Assembly: GCA_965206595.1 (NCBI GenBank)
Contig: OZ242214.1
Location: 4,224,001-4,288,000, forward strand
Direction of reading: 5' to 3'
DNA: 64,000 nucleotides
Source: Candidatus Latescibacterota bacterium
GTDB lineage: Bacteria > Latescibacterota > UBA2968 > UBA8231
The notes beneath the pieces were generated by a model that saw only the letters and a program-made list of their open reading frames with translations, ran no database searches and was not told where the DNA came from. This document shows positions 10,082-21,509 of the stretch, one piece after another. Within the stretch, counting starts at the first letter, position 1; the number at the start of each line of letters is the position of its first letter. A program made the position numbers and the translations under genes.

Positions 10082-12085
10082 ATGATGCAGACGAAGAGAA
10101 TCTCCACCGGCGCTGCGGTAGTGTTCGCCGTCGCCCTGTCGTGGGTCGAATCCCCGGCCCTGACAATCTACCGCTTCGGCGGCGAGGAATTGCCGCCCCC
10201 TCCCGAGGCCGAATTCGACCGGGTCCTGTTCGTCCCGCGCAGCTGGGTAGACCCTGTCGATGAAGACCTGGGAGGCGAAGTCTACCAGGTCGATCTCGGC
10301 AACCGCACCCTCAAGGCTCTCCAGTACGACCCCGGGATCAACATGGCTCCCACCGCCAAGGAAAGGGGCGAAGGTATCCGGGTGTCGACTAGGCAGGCCG
10401 ATCACGAAAAGGCGGTGGACGGCGACCTGTCGACCGCCTGGTTTCCCGCACAGTACCTGTGCGCCAACTACGATCCCAACCAGGTCGGCAGCAGGAGATG
10501 CCCGGCGAACAGCGACTACCTGGCGCCTCCTCCTCCCTACTTCCTCGGCGGCGGCCGCAGGTTCATCGCCGGCGGCTACGGTCTCGGCGGCTGGACCTTC
10601 GGCCTCGGCGGCCTGTTCCTCATCGACAAAGTGAGGATCGTCTCCGGTCTCGAGGACGAGAGCGGGATCATGAAGAACTTCAAGCTCCTCGCCGCGTCCG
10701 GACGCACTGCCGATCCCCGGGGCAGCATCCAGTACTTCAACGAGATCGTCGAGATCAGGGGAAACCAGCGGAAGGTTCTCGACATCGAGTTCCCTCCCGG
10801 ACAGCGGTTCGATTTCCTGTCGATCCTGCACGCCGAGCACAACACCCCCTGGGCCGTTCACGAGGTGGAGGTTTTCGCGCGGGGATTCGTCGAAAGGGCG
10901 TCGTACGTATCCGAGGTCATGGAGTTCGACCGCGACATGGCATGGGGTGAGCTTTCCTGGTCGGGAAACCGGGATCCGGGGGCGGAAATGCGCATTCACA
11001 CCCGCAGCGGCAACACCGCTGACCAGAACCTCTACTGGAGGTTCACCGGGCTCGGGGGAACGGTCCAGGTGGAGGACGCCAATACCTACAACCGCCTTGC
11101 CCTGGGGGAGAGGGCGGGAACCACGTACGACCGGGACAACTGGACCTTCTGGTCGGCTCCGTACGACCTGGCCGACAGCTCGGGTACCCCGGTGGTCAGC
11201 CTGGGGCCCCGCAGGTTCCTGCAATTCAAGGTCGACATGTTTCCCAGGGAGGATTCGGGAAGCGAGCTCAGGGTTCTGGAGTTCCGCGCTTCCGAGCCGC
11301 TGGCGGCCAGGCTGGTCGGCGAGGTGTATCCGACCCGGGCGCAGGTTGCCGAGCCGACCTCGTTCACCTACTACCTGCGGCCGTCGATCTCGGGGGACAA
11401 CTCCGGTTTCGACGGTCTGGAGATGACGACCACCTCGATCGTCAACGGGGTGAGCCGGGTGCGGATCGGGGAGCAGGAATGGCCTTTCACAGTCACCCCT
11501 CTCGATTACGAGGGCAGCGAGTTGGCCGGGTTTCCGGCGCATCGGTTCGAGCTGACGCTCGTCGACACCAAGCTGGTGTCGCGCGCCAGCAGCACCCCGG
11601 TCGAGATCGACTTCGAGGCTCGCGTGCTGAGGTCGGGATCCGCCTTCGACCTGCGGGTCTTCGACAGCGCGCGGCCCCTGGAGGTGCGGCAGAGCGTGGC
11701 GGAAGGGGATGCCAACAACCTGATAGAGGGTGACCGCGTGTCGGTTGCGACTACCGCCAACGCCTCGTCCCTGCTGCAGGCGGAGGTGTCTCCCGCGGTT
11801 TTCACTCCCAACGGAGACCAGATCAACGACGCCGTCAGCATCTCCTACGATCTGCTGGAAATCATCGGGCTCGCCTCGGTCACCATAGATATAACGGATC
11901 TGTCAGGCCGCGTGGTGAGGCGCCTCTACGAGGGAGAGGACGCCATCGGCAACTACCAGAGGGAGTGGGACGGCAGGGACGAGTCGGGAGAGATGGTCCC
12001 CCCAGGGATTTACCTCTACTTCATCCTGGCCGATACCGACCGGGGCAGGGTGGCCGAACTGGGCAGCGTCAACATCGCCCGCTGA
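10082..12085 (+). CDS. Secreted protein with discoidin-like region and C-terminal FlgD Ig-like domain (FTPNGD-type tail)
   Basis: Signal-like N-terminus, AVDGDLSTAW, RTRSG..WTFWSAPY, and a C-terminal VSPAVFTPNGDQIND...DLSGRVVRRL...WDGRDESGEMVPPGIY. Confidence 0.8.
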   Translation: MMQTKRISTGAAVVFAVALSWVESPALTIYRFGGEELPPPPEAEFDRVLFVPRSWVDPVDEDLGGEVYQVDLGNRTLKALQYDPGINMAPTAKERGEGIRVSTRQADHEKAVDGDLSTAWFPAQYLCANYDPNQVGSRRCPANSDYLAPPPPYFLGGGRRFIAGGYGLGGWTFGLGGLFLIDKVRIVSGLEDESGIMKNFKLLAASGRTADPRGSIQYFNEIVEIRGNQRKVLDIEFPPGQRFDFLSILHAEHNTPWAVHEVEVFARGFVERASYVSEVMEFDRDMAWGELSWSGNRDPGAEMRIHTRSGNTADQNLYWRFTGLGGTVQVEDANTYNRLALGERAGTTYDRDNWTFWSAPYDLADSSGTPVVSLGPRRFLQFKVDMFPREDSGSELRVLEFRASEPLAARLVGEVYPTRAQVAEPTSFTYYLRPSISGDNSGFDGLEMTTTSIVNGVSRVRIGEQEWPFTVTPLDYEGSELAGFPAHRFELTLVDTKLVSRASSTPVEIDFEARVLRSGSAFDLRVFDSARPLEVRQSVAEGDANNLIEGDRVSVATTANASSLLQAEVSPAVFTPNGDQINDAVSISYDLLEIIGLASVTIDITDLSGRVVRRLYEGEDAIGNYQREWDGRDESGEMVPPGIYLYFILADTDRGRVAELGSVNIAR

Positions 12086-12105
12086 CCAGCTGTAACTCAT
12101 TCGTA

Positions 12106-12142
12106 ATGGATCGACGCGGCCCAGAGAGTCGCGGCGATCCAT
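12106..12142. terminator. Hairpin between convergent genes (possible bidirectional terminator)
   Basis: Imperfect inverted repeat ATGGATCG...CGATCCAT lying between the FlgD gene stop and the phoR end. No U-tract. Confidence 0.4.
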
Positions 12143-12263
12143 CCCCTCCAGGCAGAATGATATCCCCGATCTGAAAGACGGGATACCGGTGTCTGACGCC
12201 GGGGTCGGTCCCCTGGTGCGTCGACAGGCCTCGTCGGCTGCCAGCCGCCGGAGGGCAGGCTCG

Positions 12264-14106
12264 TCAGGCAGCCGGCAGGGTGAACCCGAAGGTCGACCCG
12301 CGGCCCAGCTCGCTGTCGACGAAGACGCGCTCGCCGTGCGCCTCGACCACGTGGCGAACGATGGAGAGCCCGAGCCGGTCCCTCCCATTTCCCGGGAGCG
12401 GCCCTTGTCGACGCGGTAGAAGCGCTCGAAAACCCGGGTGACCGCCTCCGACGGGATGCCGATCCCGGTGTCGGCGACCTGGAGGAGGATGGCCCCCGCG
12501 CTCTTTTCGCCGCCGGCGGCCAAGGGGGGCGAGGCCCCGCCGCTCCAGCTTCTTTCGGCGAGATATGGGGCCAGGTCCGCCCGGGACAGGACGCGAGCCC
12601 CGACTTCGACGCGGCCGTTTTCAGCGGAGTACTTCACCGCATTCTCGATCAGGTTGATCAGGGCCTGCTCGATCAGCTTGCGATCGCACAGGGCACGGGT
12701 CCCGGCGCCTACGGAGACGTCGATGGCGATGCCCCTGCGCGCGGCGATCTGGGCAACGGATTCTATCGAGGACTCCGCCAGGGCCCGCACGTTGCAGGGG
12801 GCGGCCTCGATATCGAGCTCGTCGGACTCGAGGCGGAGAGGTCGAGGAGATCGTTCAGCAGGTTGGTCAGACGGTCGGAATGGGTGGCGATTACCTGGAG
12901 AAAGCGTCCGGCCGCATCATCGTCATCGATGGCGCCGTCGACCAGGGTCTCGGCACAGCCCTTGATCGCGGTCAGGGGTGTTCGCAGCTCGTGCGAGACG
13001 TTGGCGACGAAATCCTTGCGCATGGTCTCCAGGCGGCGCTGGCGGGTGATGTCGTAGAACACCGCCACCGTACCGCGGCCGAGCCGCTCGGAAACGACCG
13101 GCGCCACCCTGATGTCGATGTGGCGCTCTTCGCCGCTGAGCTTGACTTCGAGGGCCGTCCCCCTTCCCGAGTTCGAGGTCTCGGCGATCGCTTCCTCGAC
13201 CCGGGTATTGCGTACCAGCTCGACCAGGGGCATGCCGGGACGCCAGCTTTCGAGCCCGAACATTCGCGTCAAGGCCGGATTGGCGAGGGCGACGCGATTG
13301 TCCGGGTCGGTTACCAGGATCCCTTCCGAGACGCTGTCGAGAATCGCCTCGAGCCGGGTTTTCTCCGTGCTGAGCTGGGCGCCGCGGTCCTGGATCTGGC
13401 TGTACATGTCTCGCAGCGCCCGGGCGAGGTCGTGAAGCTCCCTGGCTGCCAAAGCCGTCCCCGGTATGTGTCCGCCGGATCCGCCGCTCGCCATCTCCCG
13501 CGCGCTGCGGGTCATCTCGACCACCGGGCGCGACTCGAAGCGCGAGGCCCCGTAGGCGAGGACGATGGCGACGACGAGGTCGAGAAGGGAAGCCAGCCAG
13601 ACGGCGTCCCGGACATGGCCCTGGACATCCTCGACCTCGTCCAGCGGCATCGCCAGTCGCAGCACCAGCCGGTCGTCGCCGGGAACGAGCCGGGCGACGT
13701 AGAGCATGTCGGTCTTCAGGGTGTTGCTGAAGCGCAGGCTGCGGCCAACGCCGCCGGCGCGGGCGGCTTTCACCTCGGGCCTGTCGGCGTGGTTGTCGAG
13801 CCCGGGAAGGACTGCGGCTTCCACCTGGGAATCGCCGACCACTATGCCGTCGCCATCGATCAGTGTCAGCCGCAGCGCCAGGCGTTCGCCGAGCAGGTCG
13901 GCCTGCGTGTCGATCGATTGGGCGTCGAGGGACGGCTGCATCCGCTGCCAGGTCTCGCTCGCCAGCCGCGAGTCGCGGGCGAGGTTGTCCGCGATGTGGT
14001 CGACGAGGAAATTCCGCAGGTTGCGGTCGAGGTACCACTGGACGCAGACCATGACCACGACCACCATCAGCACGTAGGTCACCATCAGTTTCCAGTGGAG
14101 GCGCAT
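12264..14106 (-). pseudogene. phoR: Phosphate regulon sensor histidine kinase PhoR, two frameshifts (~12830, ~12375)
   Basis: TM-HAMP-PAS, H-box DFVANVSHELRTPLT, then NLIENAVKYS and [16 protein letters not shown] in a second frame, then [14 protein letters not shown]...[11 protein letters not shown] in a third frame. Confidence 0.85.
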
Positions 14107-14138
14107 GTCGCTACCGCGCGGAAGGTTCCAGGGGTAGG

Positions 14139-14846
14139 CTACTCGACCCTGCGCTTGCAGCGGTAGCCGACGCCGCGCACGGTCTCCACCAGCGAGGCGT
14201 CGGCGCCGAGCTTTTCGCGCAGCCGCCTGACGTGGGTGTCGACGGTGCGCGCGTAACCGGCGTACTCGTACTCCCAGACGGTGTTGAGCAGCTCCTCGCG
14301 GCTCTGCACGCGCCCGCGGCGCTCGACGAGGGTGCGCAGCAGCTTGAACTCCGTCGCCGTCAGCTCGAGGGGCTGCCCGCGCAGGTAGGCGCGGTACTCC
14401 AGCGGATCGATGCGCAGGGGGCCGGCCTCGATCGCCGCTCCCTCATCCCCCGAGGAGGCCTCCTCCTTGCCGGCGCGGTTGCGCCGCAGGATCGCCCGCA
14501 CTCTCAGCACCAGCTCCCGAGGGGAGAACGGCTTGACCACGTAGTCGTCCGCTCCCAACTCGAGGCCGACGATGCGGTCGACCTCCTCGGACCTCGCCGT
14601 CAGCATCAGCACCGATATCTCCTTGGCCGCCTCGTTCTGCTTCAGAATTCGGCAGACTTCGAGACCGTCGACACCGGGCAGCATCAGGTCGAGGATGACG
14701 AGATCGGGATCCTCCCGCTCGATGCTCTGGAGTGCGGTCTCGCCGTCGTCGTCGGTCGCCACTTCGAATCCTGATTTCCTGAGGTTGTAGCTGACGACTT
14801 CCTGGATATCGGGTTCGTCCTCGACTACGAGAACTTTCGAGGTCAT
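14139..14846 (-). CDS. phoB: OmpR/PhoB-family response regulator
   Basis: VLVVEDE, ILDLMLP, GADDYVVKPF and a winged helix (RTVDTHVRRLREKL, ETVRGVGY). Located in the pst operon. Confidence 0.92.
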   Translation of the reverse strand: MTSKVLVVEDEPDIQEVVSYNLRKSGFEVATDDDGETALQSIEREDPDLVILDLMLPGVDGLEVCRILKQNEAAKEISVLMLTARSEEVDRIVGLELGADDYVVKPFSPRELVLRVRAILRRNRAGKEEASSGDEGAAIEAGPLRIDPLEYRAYLRGQPLELTATEFKLLRTLVERRGRVQSREELLNTVWEYEYAGYARTVDTHVRRLREKLGADASLVETVRGVGYRCKRRVE

Positions 14847-15550
14847 CGTTCTGCTCCGTTGGTAGGTGGTCCCTTGCCCTCCCCCCACCAGGATGCCTTC
14901 TGGTGGGGGACGATTCTGCCTTCGACGAAGAAGGCGGCGTTCTCGGCGATGTTGGAAGCGTGATCGCCGATGCGTTCGAAGTGCCTGCTTATCAAAATCA
15001 GGTGGATGGCGCGGTCGACGGTGTCGGGCTGGCCGCCTTTGAGGTAGGTGAGCAGTTCGCGGAAGATCTGGTCCCGAAGGTTGTCGTCGTCGTCGTCCCG
15101 CCTGCACACCTGGCGGGCGATGTCGACATTGCGCTGCACGAAAGCGTCGAGGGCGTCCTTCACCATGCGCTGCGTCATCTCCGCCATGCGCGGGATGTCG
15201 ATCAGCGGCTTGAGCATCGGAAGCTGGTTCAGGACCAGGGCGCGCTCGGCGATGTTGACGGCCTGGTCGTTTATGCGCTCGAGGTCGTAGTTGACCTTCA
15301 TCATCATGGCGAGCAGGCGCAGGTCCGAGGCGACCGGTTGGTGGGTGGCCAGCAGCTTGAGAATCTCCTCTTCGATCGCCACCTCCCAGTCGTCGATGCG
15401 GGCGTTGCCGGCGATGACCTCCTCGGCAAGGCGGTCGTCCTGGTCGACGAGGGCGCGGTTGGCGTCGTGGATCGATTCCTCGACGGCCGCTCCCATTTTC
15501 AGGAACTCGCTCTTCAATTCGTCGATTTTGTGCGAGAGCTGTGATTCCAT
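14843..15550 (-). CDS. phoU: Phosphate signalling complex protein PhoU
   Basis: ATHQPVASDLR, DLERINDQAVNIA and FERIGDHASNIAE repeats. Confidence 0.95.
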   Translation of the reverse strand: MESQLSHKIDELKSEFLKMGAAVEESIHDANRALVDQDDRLAEEVIAGNARIDDWEVAIEEEILKLLATHQPVASDLRLLAMMMKVNYDLERINDQAVNIAERALVLNQLPMLKPLIDIPRMAEMTQRMVKDALDAFVQRNVDIARQVCRRDDDDDNLRDQIFRELLTYLKGGQPDTVDRAIHLILISRHFERIGDHASNIAENAAFFVEGRIVPHQKASWWGEGKGPPTNGAER

Positions 15551-15563
15551 CTCCGTAGTTCCC

Positions 15564-16391
15564 TCAGCCGAAACGGCCGGTTACGTACTCCTCGGTCTGG
15601 TCGAGGCGAGGATTGGTGAAGATCTGATCGGTGCGTCCCATTTCGACGAGCCTGCCCATGTAGAAGAAGGCGGTGTAGTCGGAAACGCGGGAAGCCTGCT
15701 GCATGTTGTGGGTGACGATGACGATCGTGTAGCGCTGCTTGAGCTCGGCGATCGTCTCCTCGACGCGCGCCGAGGCGATCGGGTCGAGGGCCGAGCAGGG
15801 TTCGTCCATCAACAGCACCGATGGCTCGACCGCCAGGGCCCGGGCGATGCACAACCTCTGCTGCTGTCCCCCCGACAGCTCGAGGGCGTTGTCGTCCAGG
15901 CGGTCCTTGACTTCCTCCCACAGGGCGGCCGATTTCAGGCCGCGCTCGACCGCTTCGTCGAGGGCGGAGCGGTCCTTCTCTCCGGCGATGCGCAGGCCGT
16001 AGGCGACGTTCTCGTACACCGACTTCGGGAAGGGGTTCGACCTCTGAAACACCATGCCGACGCGGCGGCGCAGCTCGATGGCGTCGAAGTCGGGAGCGTA
16101 GATGTCCTGCCCTTCCAGGGTGAGGGTGCCCTCGATGCGGACCGAATCGATGAGATCGTTGAGGCGGTTGATGCAGCGCAGCAGGGTGGACTTGCCGCAC
16201 CCGGACGGGCCTATCAGCGCGCACACCTGGTTCCTGGGGATCTGCAGGACGATCTCGAACAGGGCCTGGGTATCGCCGTAGTAGAGACTCAGGCGGCCGA
16301 CGTCGATCAGGGGGGCGTCGATCTCCAGAGAAGCCCTGCGGGGAACGACGTCGTCCCCTTCGGCCAGCACCTCGACAACCGGATCGTTCAC
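15564..16391 (-). CDS. pstB: Phosphate ABC transporter ATP-binding protein
   Basis: [39 protein letters not shown] and EEYVTGRFG. Confidence 0.96.
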   Translation of the reverse strand: MNDPVVEVLAEGDDVVPRRASLEIDAPLIDVGRLSLYYGDTQALFEIVLQIPRNQVCALIGPSGCGKSTLLRCINRLNDLIDSVRIEGTLTLEGQDIYAPDFDAIELRRRVGMVFQRSNPFPKSVYENVAYGLRIAGEKDRSALDEAVERGLKSAALWEEVKDRLDDNALELSGGQQQRLCIARALAVEPSVLLMDEPCSALDPIASARVEETIAELKQRYTIVIVTHNMQQASRVSDYTAFFYMGRLVEMGRTDQIFTNPRLDQTEEYVTGRFG

Positions 16392-16400
16392 GGAGGCAGC

Positions 16401-18009
16401 CTAGAAGGTGGATGGCACGTAGCGCATGCGCAGGCGCCTGCGCACGACGATGGCGGTGAGGTTGAGCACCATCACCAGGGCGAGGAGAAGGAAGGTCGTC
16501 GCGTACACCATCGGCCGCGCCGCCTCGACGTTGGGCGACTGGAAGCCGACGTCGTAGATGTGAAACCCGAGGTGCATGAACTTGCGCTCGAGGTGAAGGA
16601 ACGGAAAGACGCCGTCCAGGGGGAGGTCGGGGGCCAGTTTCACCACGCCGGTAATCATCAACGGCGCCACCTCCCCGGCGCCGCGCGCGGTCGCCAGGAT
16701 GACGCCGGTGAGAATTCCGGGCAGCGCCCCCGGCAGGACGACGCGCCAGATCATCTGCAGCTTGGTCGAGTCGAGGGCCAGCGAACCCTCGCGAATGCCG
16801 GCGGGGACGGAGCTCAGCGCTTCCTCGGTGGCGACGATGACGACCGGGAGGGTGAGCAGGGCAAGGGTCAGCGAGGCCCACAGGATACCACCCGTGCCGA
16901 ACGTCGGCGCCGGCAGGGCCGCGGAAAAAAACAGGTGGTCGACGATGGCTCCGACGCCGTAGACGAAGAACCCGAGGCCGAACATCCCGAACACGATCGA
17001 GGGGACGCCGGCGAGATTGTTGACGGCGATGCGGATCATGCGTACCAGCGGCCCCTGCCGGGCGTACTCGCGCAGGTACAGGGCGGCAAGGACTCCGAAA
17101 GGGACGACGGCGAGGGTCATGATGATGACCATCATCACGGTGCCGAACAGCGCCGGGAAGATGCCCCCCTCGGTGTTCGACTCGCGCGGTTGCCCGCTGA
17201 GGAACTCCCATGCCTTGCCGGCGTAGGTGGCCGCCTTTGCGGCGGTTCCCATCTGGTTGGGCAGGTAGAGCCGGACTACGTCGGCGAGCTTTACCCTGCG
17301 CGTCCGGCCCGAGGCGAGAGTGACCACGAGCTCGTCTTCCTCCGCCTGCCGGCGCAGTTCGGACAGGCGCGCGGTCAGGGTTTCGTGCTGCTCCCGGAGC
17401 ACCTGCCGCCGCGCCGCGAGACGCTCCAGGCCGGCCGCGAACCGGTCCTCGAGCTGTAGCTGGCGTTCCTGCAGCCGGATCTCCTCGTACCGCGGCGATG
17501 TCGTCCCGTTCCAGCCGCCGGATCCTCCTCCGCAGGGCGTCGACCCGGGTGCGCGCCGCGGCGAGCTGGTCCCAGGCGAGGGGCGTATCGAGCGCCACCG
17601 GCTCGCCCCCGTCGACCGCGAAGGAGGTGAGGATCCCGAGCATGTCTCCCCACTCGATCCGCTCGATGACGGCCGCTTCGGCGGGGAAGGTGATGGAGGC
17701 GATTCCCGCCTCCGGAATCCAGCGAAAATCCAGCCCGTACACGTCGCGGTTCCCGGTCTTGACCTGGAGGCGGTAGGCCGCCCCGGCCCCGGTGTCGTCC
17801 GCGGGCATCTCCTGGCGCTGGAGGATTTCACCGAGGACCGCGGTGCCGTCGGCCAGCTCGATCCGGGCGACGTCCCGGGGCCAGAAGAACCCCAGCCCGT
17901 TGACCGCGACCACCGAGATGAGCCCGGCGACGATCAGCAGGCAGAAGGCCAAGGCACTTCCCGCGAGCCAGATGAAGGGGTCGCCGCTGCGCAGAAATGA
18001 CGATCTCAT
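16401..18009 (-). pseudogene. pstA: Phosphate ABC transporter permease PstA (long form), one frameshift at ~17495
   Basis: The N-terminal GDPFIWLAG...NGLGFFWP is in one frame. PRESNTEGGIFPALFGT, NNLAGVPSIVFG, ARGAGEVAPL and KFMHLGFHIYD are in another. Confidence 0.88.
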
Positions 18010-20255
18010 ACGCGCCTGTACCTCTCCCGGAGGCGCTGGCGCACCCCTTCCGCATGGTATTGAGCAGAAAGGTGACTGCGAACAGCAGCAGGCCGCTGAG
18101 GAACAGCACGCGATACAGGGAACCTTGGTGGGGCGCTTCCGGCAGTTCGACGGCGATGTTGGCCGAGATTGTGCGCATGCCGTTGAAGACCGACCACTCC
18201 ATGATCGGTGTGTTTCCCGTCGCCATCAGGACGATCATGGTCTCGCCGCCGGTGCGCCCGAAACCGATCATGTCGCGGAGAAGAGACCGGGGACAGCCAT
18301 CGGCAGGACGACCCGGGTCGCGGTCTGCCATTGGGTCGCCCCCAGCGCCAGGGAGCCAGCCCGCAGGTCCCTGGGGGCGCTGAAGAGGGAGTCCTCGCAG
18401 ATCGTGAAGACCAGGGGAATGACCGCAAAGCCCATGGCGAAGCCGATGACGAGGGCGTTGCGCTGGTCGTAACGTACCTCGGCGTCCCTGAGCCAGTGCT
18501 GGAATCCGCCGTCGAACAGCATCCTCTCGACCGCTGGGGCGGCTGCCAGGGCGATGGCGGACGCCGCGGCAGTTACCGTGATCAGAAGGGCGAACTCGCC
18601 GTAAACCGGCATGTTCCGGTGCAGACCGGGAATCGAGTGCAACAGCCAGGAGGTGCCTGCCACCGCCAACGGCACCGTGCACAACAAGCCGGCGACACCG
18701 ATAACGTGGTGCTGGAGCAGGGGAGCGAGCCACATGCCCGCGAGAAAACCGAGGATCACGCTCGGCAGGGAAGCCATGATCTCGACCGCCGGCTTGACGA
18801 CGTTGCGAAGCCCTGGACGGGCGAACTCGGAGGTGTAGATGGCGGCGAGCACGGCCAGCGGCAGGGTGAAGAGCATGGCGTAGATCGTCCCCTTCACCGT
18901 GCCGAAAACCAGCGGCACCATGCTCAGCTTCGGTTCGAACTCGTCGGTTCCCCCGGTAGACTGCCAGACGTGGTCCGGCTCGGGGTAGCCCTCGTACCAG
19001 ACCTCGCCGAACAGCGACTGCAGGCTGATTTCCGGATGCGGATTGGAGAGCGCGAATCGGTTCACCAGGTGGGGTCCGGCGACGAGGAAGCCGTCCGCTT
19101 TCGGGGCGCAGGCAATGGCGGTAACCGGGCCTGCCCCGGAGTCGAGGTCGAAGAAGGTCTGCTCCGAGGTTGCATGGTGCAGGGCCACCCGCCCGGACTC
19201 GGAGCCGGTGAGAAACTGCCTGTCGCGAGCGGAGGGAGCGATGCAGGTGATGGCGCCGTCCCGGGCGGCGAAGGTGTGGATCCGCTGGTATCTCCTCGAG
19301 CCCACTCGCCGCGCTCCGGCACTTCGAACCAGACGCTCAACTCCCCCGCGGCGTCGCCGACTGCGAGCGAGAGGTCGCCGAGCAGGAATTCGAGCGCCGT
19401 AATCGGGCGCTCGGAGACGCTCAGGGTCCGGGAGTACCGTGGCGGCGTTCCGGCATCCTCCAGCGACCACTCGATGATCTCGCCCGTCGCCGTCCCGGGC
19501 AGCAGCTGGCGCCCTCTCCCGTCGACGAGGACGCTGCGGGCGGGTGCCGGCAGCTGCGGGGTGAGGTCGTGCACTCCGCGCTCCACCTCGCCGGGACCGG
19601 GAAGGTTGCCCCTGCGGGTGCGGATTACGGCCCTCAGGTCACCTGCGGCCGAGAGGCTGGCAAGCACGGACCGCTCGCGGTCGCCCCGGTAGGAAAGGCG
19701 CACCGGGGGGTCGCCGATTTCGTGCACCTGCAGCGGCGGTGCGAAGAAGACTTCCGGGGCGACGACGCGCTTGCCGTCGACGAAATCGACCTCGAAGCGG
19801 ATGGTGCCGGTCAGGACGCGCCCGTCGGACAGTCCTACGGCGAGCTGCTCGCCGCGGTGGCAGGCCGCGGTGAGGACCGCCTCGCCCAGTCGCCGGGAGC
19901 GACCCGGCGCACGGTTTCACCGGATGGCAGGCCCCGGAACTCCAATCCGCTCGGGACAACGGCGAAGGCGATTTCCCGGTAGGGGTCGACGCCCACCGCC
20001 AACGGCGGTCCTTCCGCCAGCGTAATCGACCCGGTGGGATGAACTTCCGCACCGCCGAAGAGCGGGTAGGTCTCCCTGACGACGAACACGAAGATTCCCA
20101 GGACCGCGGCGATGATCCCGATGCCCCCGCCGGCGATGAGGTAGCGCCCGAGGCGAATCGAAAAGCCGGGTGCGGGCACTGATGCCCCTGCGGGGGACCG
20201 GGGCCATCATGGCCGGGGAATCCTGCCGGAAAGCATCAGGATCCTGCTGTTTCAA
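18006..20255 (-). pseudogene. pstC: Phosphate ABC transporter permease PstC with N-terminal beta-propeller-like extension, about five frameshifts
   Basis: Segments in successive frames: LIAGGGIGIIAAVLGIF, FLLGDLSLAVGDAAG, NPHPEIS..VWYEGYPEP..WQST..FEPKLS, EIMASLPSVILGF, GETMIVLMATGNTP and ELPEAPHQGSLYRVLF. Confidence 0.85.
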
Positions 20256-20408
20256 TCTTGACTCCTTCGTATAAACCCCATTTTGAGGATGTTCAGCGAT
20301 TCAGCACATTAGAGCGCCACTATATATTGGCCAACAAAGACAAGGCATACACTATATGTTGTGTGATAAACCGGGCATTCTGAGCGACGTAGGGTTTTTA
20401 CGAGAGAA

Positions 20409-21359
20409 TCAATCTTGGCCAGTTCCTCGCTCGCGATCTCCGGAGGCACCGGTATGTAGCCGTCCTCGATGACGATTTCCTGACCCTCCCTGGAGAATAC
20501 GAAGCGGAAGAACTCGCGGATCATCGGGTCGAGGGACATGCCGGGCCTGCGGGTTATGTAGAGGAACAGGAACCGCCCCAGAGGGTAGGTTCCATCGAGG
20601 TCGCATTCCTGACGGAAGGCCCTCTGCCTCAGCCAGAGGCACCGCCCTGACGCCGGAGGTGCGGTACCCGATGCTGCTGTACCCGATAACCGCCAGGTCT
20701 TCGGTCACCCCCTGTACGACCGACGCCGAGCCTGGCTGCTCTTTTACCCTGTCTTTGTAGTCCCCTTCGGAGAGGGTGAGTCCTGAAGAACCCGTAGGTT
20801 CCCGAGGCCGAGTTGCGGCCGTACAGGCTGATGGGAGCATTGGACCAGAACCCCTTCAGTCCAAGCTGTCCCCAGCTGCTGACATCGCGGGCAAATCCTC
20901 CGCGCCTGGTTTTCGAAAAATGGCGTCGACCTGGGCAAGGCTCAGCCCGGGGACCGGGTTGTCCTTGTTGACGAAGACGGCGACCGCATCGGGGGAAGTG
21001 CGCAGGGGAGTCGGCTCGTACCCGAACTTCGCCTCGAATTTGTCTATCTCGGTCGGCTTCATGGCAGGGGACGTCGGCCCGAACTGGGCGGTGCCCTCGA
21101 TCAGGGCCGGGGGCGCGGTGCTGCTGCCCTTGCCTTCGATCTGGATGGTCGCCGAGGGATAGTAGTACCTGCGGAAACCCTCAAGCCACAGGGCCATCAG
21201 GTTGTTCATCGTGTCGGAGCCGATGCTGCCGGCGCTTCCCGAGATACCGCTGGTCTTCTCGTACGGCTGTATCCCGGAGTCGACCTCGATGGTCCGCGCC
21301 AGGGTGGCGGACGCGGTCACAAGCGGGACCACTGCCGTCGGGAATCTGCTCCGTAACAT
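20409..21359 (-). pseudogene. pstS: Phosphate ABC transporter substrate-binding protein PstS, about three frameshifts
   Basis: SIGSDTMNNLM, EGKGSSTAPPALIEG, YGRNSASGTYGFF, KEQPGSASVVQGV, YPLGRFLFLY and SREGQEIVIEDGYIP are spread over several frames. Confidence 0.88.
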
Positions 21360-21404
21360 TCCAACCCGACCAATAGTGGTTGTGGGATAAGGAGCTGCGT
21401 TAGC

Positions 21405-21452
21405 TGTAACAATCAGGAAGCCGATTGTTACAAAACTGTTTCGAATATTACA
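21405..21452. promoter_or_regulatory. Candidate operator / Pho-box-like region upstream of pstS
   Basis: Perfect 10-bp inverted repeat TGTAACAATC-N8-GATTGTTACA (21405-21432), plus TGTTACA and TGTTTCG half-sites 11 bp apart, in an AT-rich patch. Confidence 0.5.
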
Positions 21453-21469
21453 CTTGCATCACGCGGATG

Positions 21470-21489
21470 TCACCTCCCCGGGGAGGTGA
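21470..21489. terminator. 20-bp perfect palindrome downstream of the FlgD gene
   Basis: TCACCTCCCCGGGGAGGTGA, about 20 bp after the stop of the 21510..24131 gene. Confidence 0.4.
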
Positions 21490-21509
21490 TTTGGGACCAT
21501 ATTGCGGGA

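Noticed and set aside
15514-18009. 831-aa ORF as a PstA fusion
   Set aside because: Only the first ~170 aa are PstA-like. The rest is out-of-frame read-through after the frameshift.
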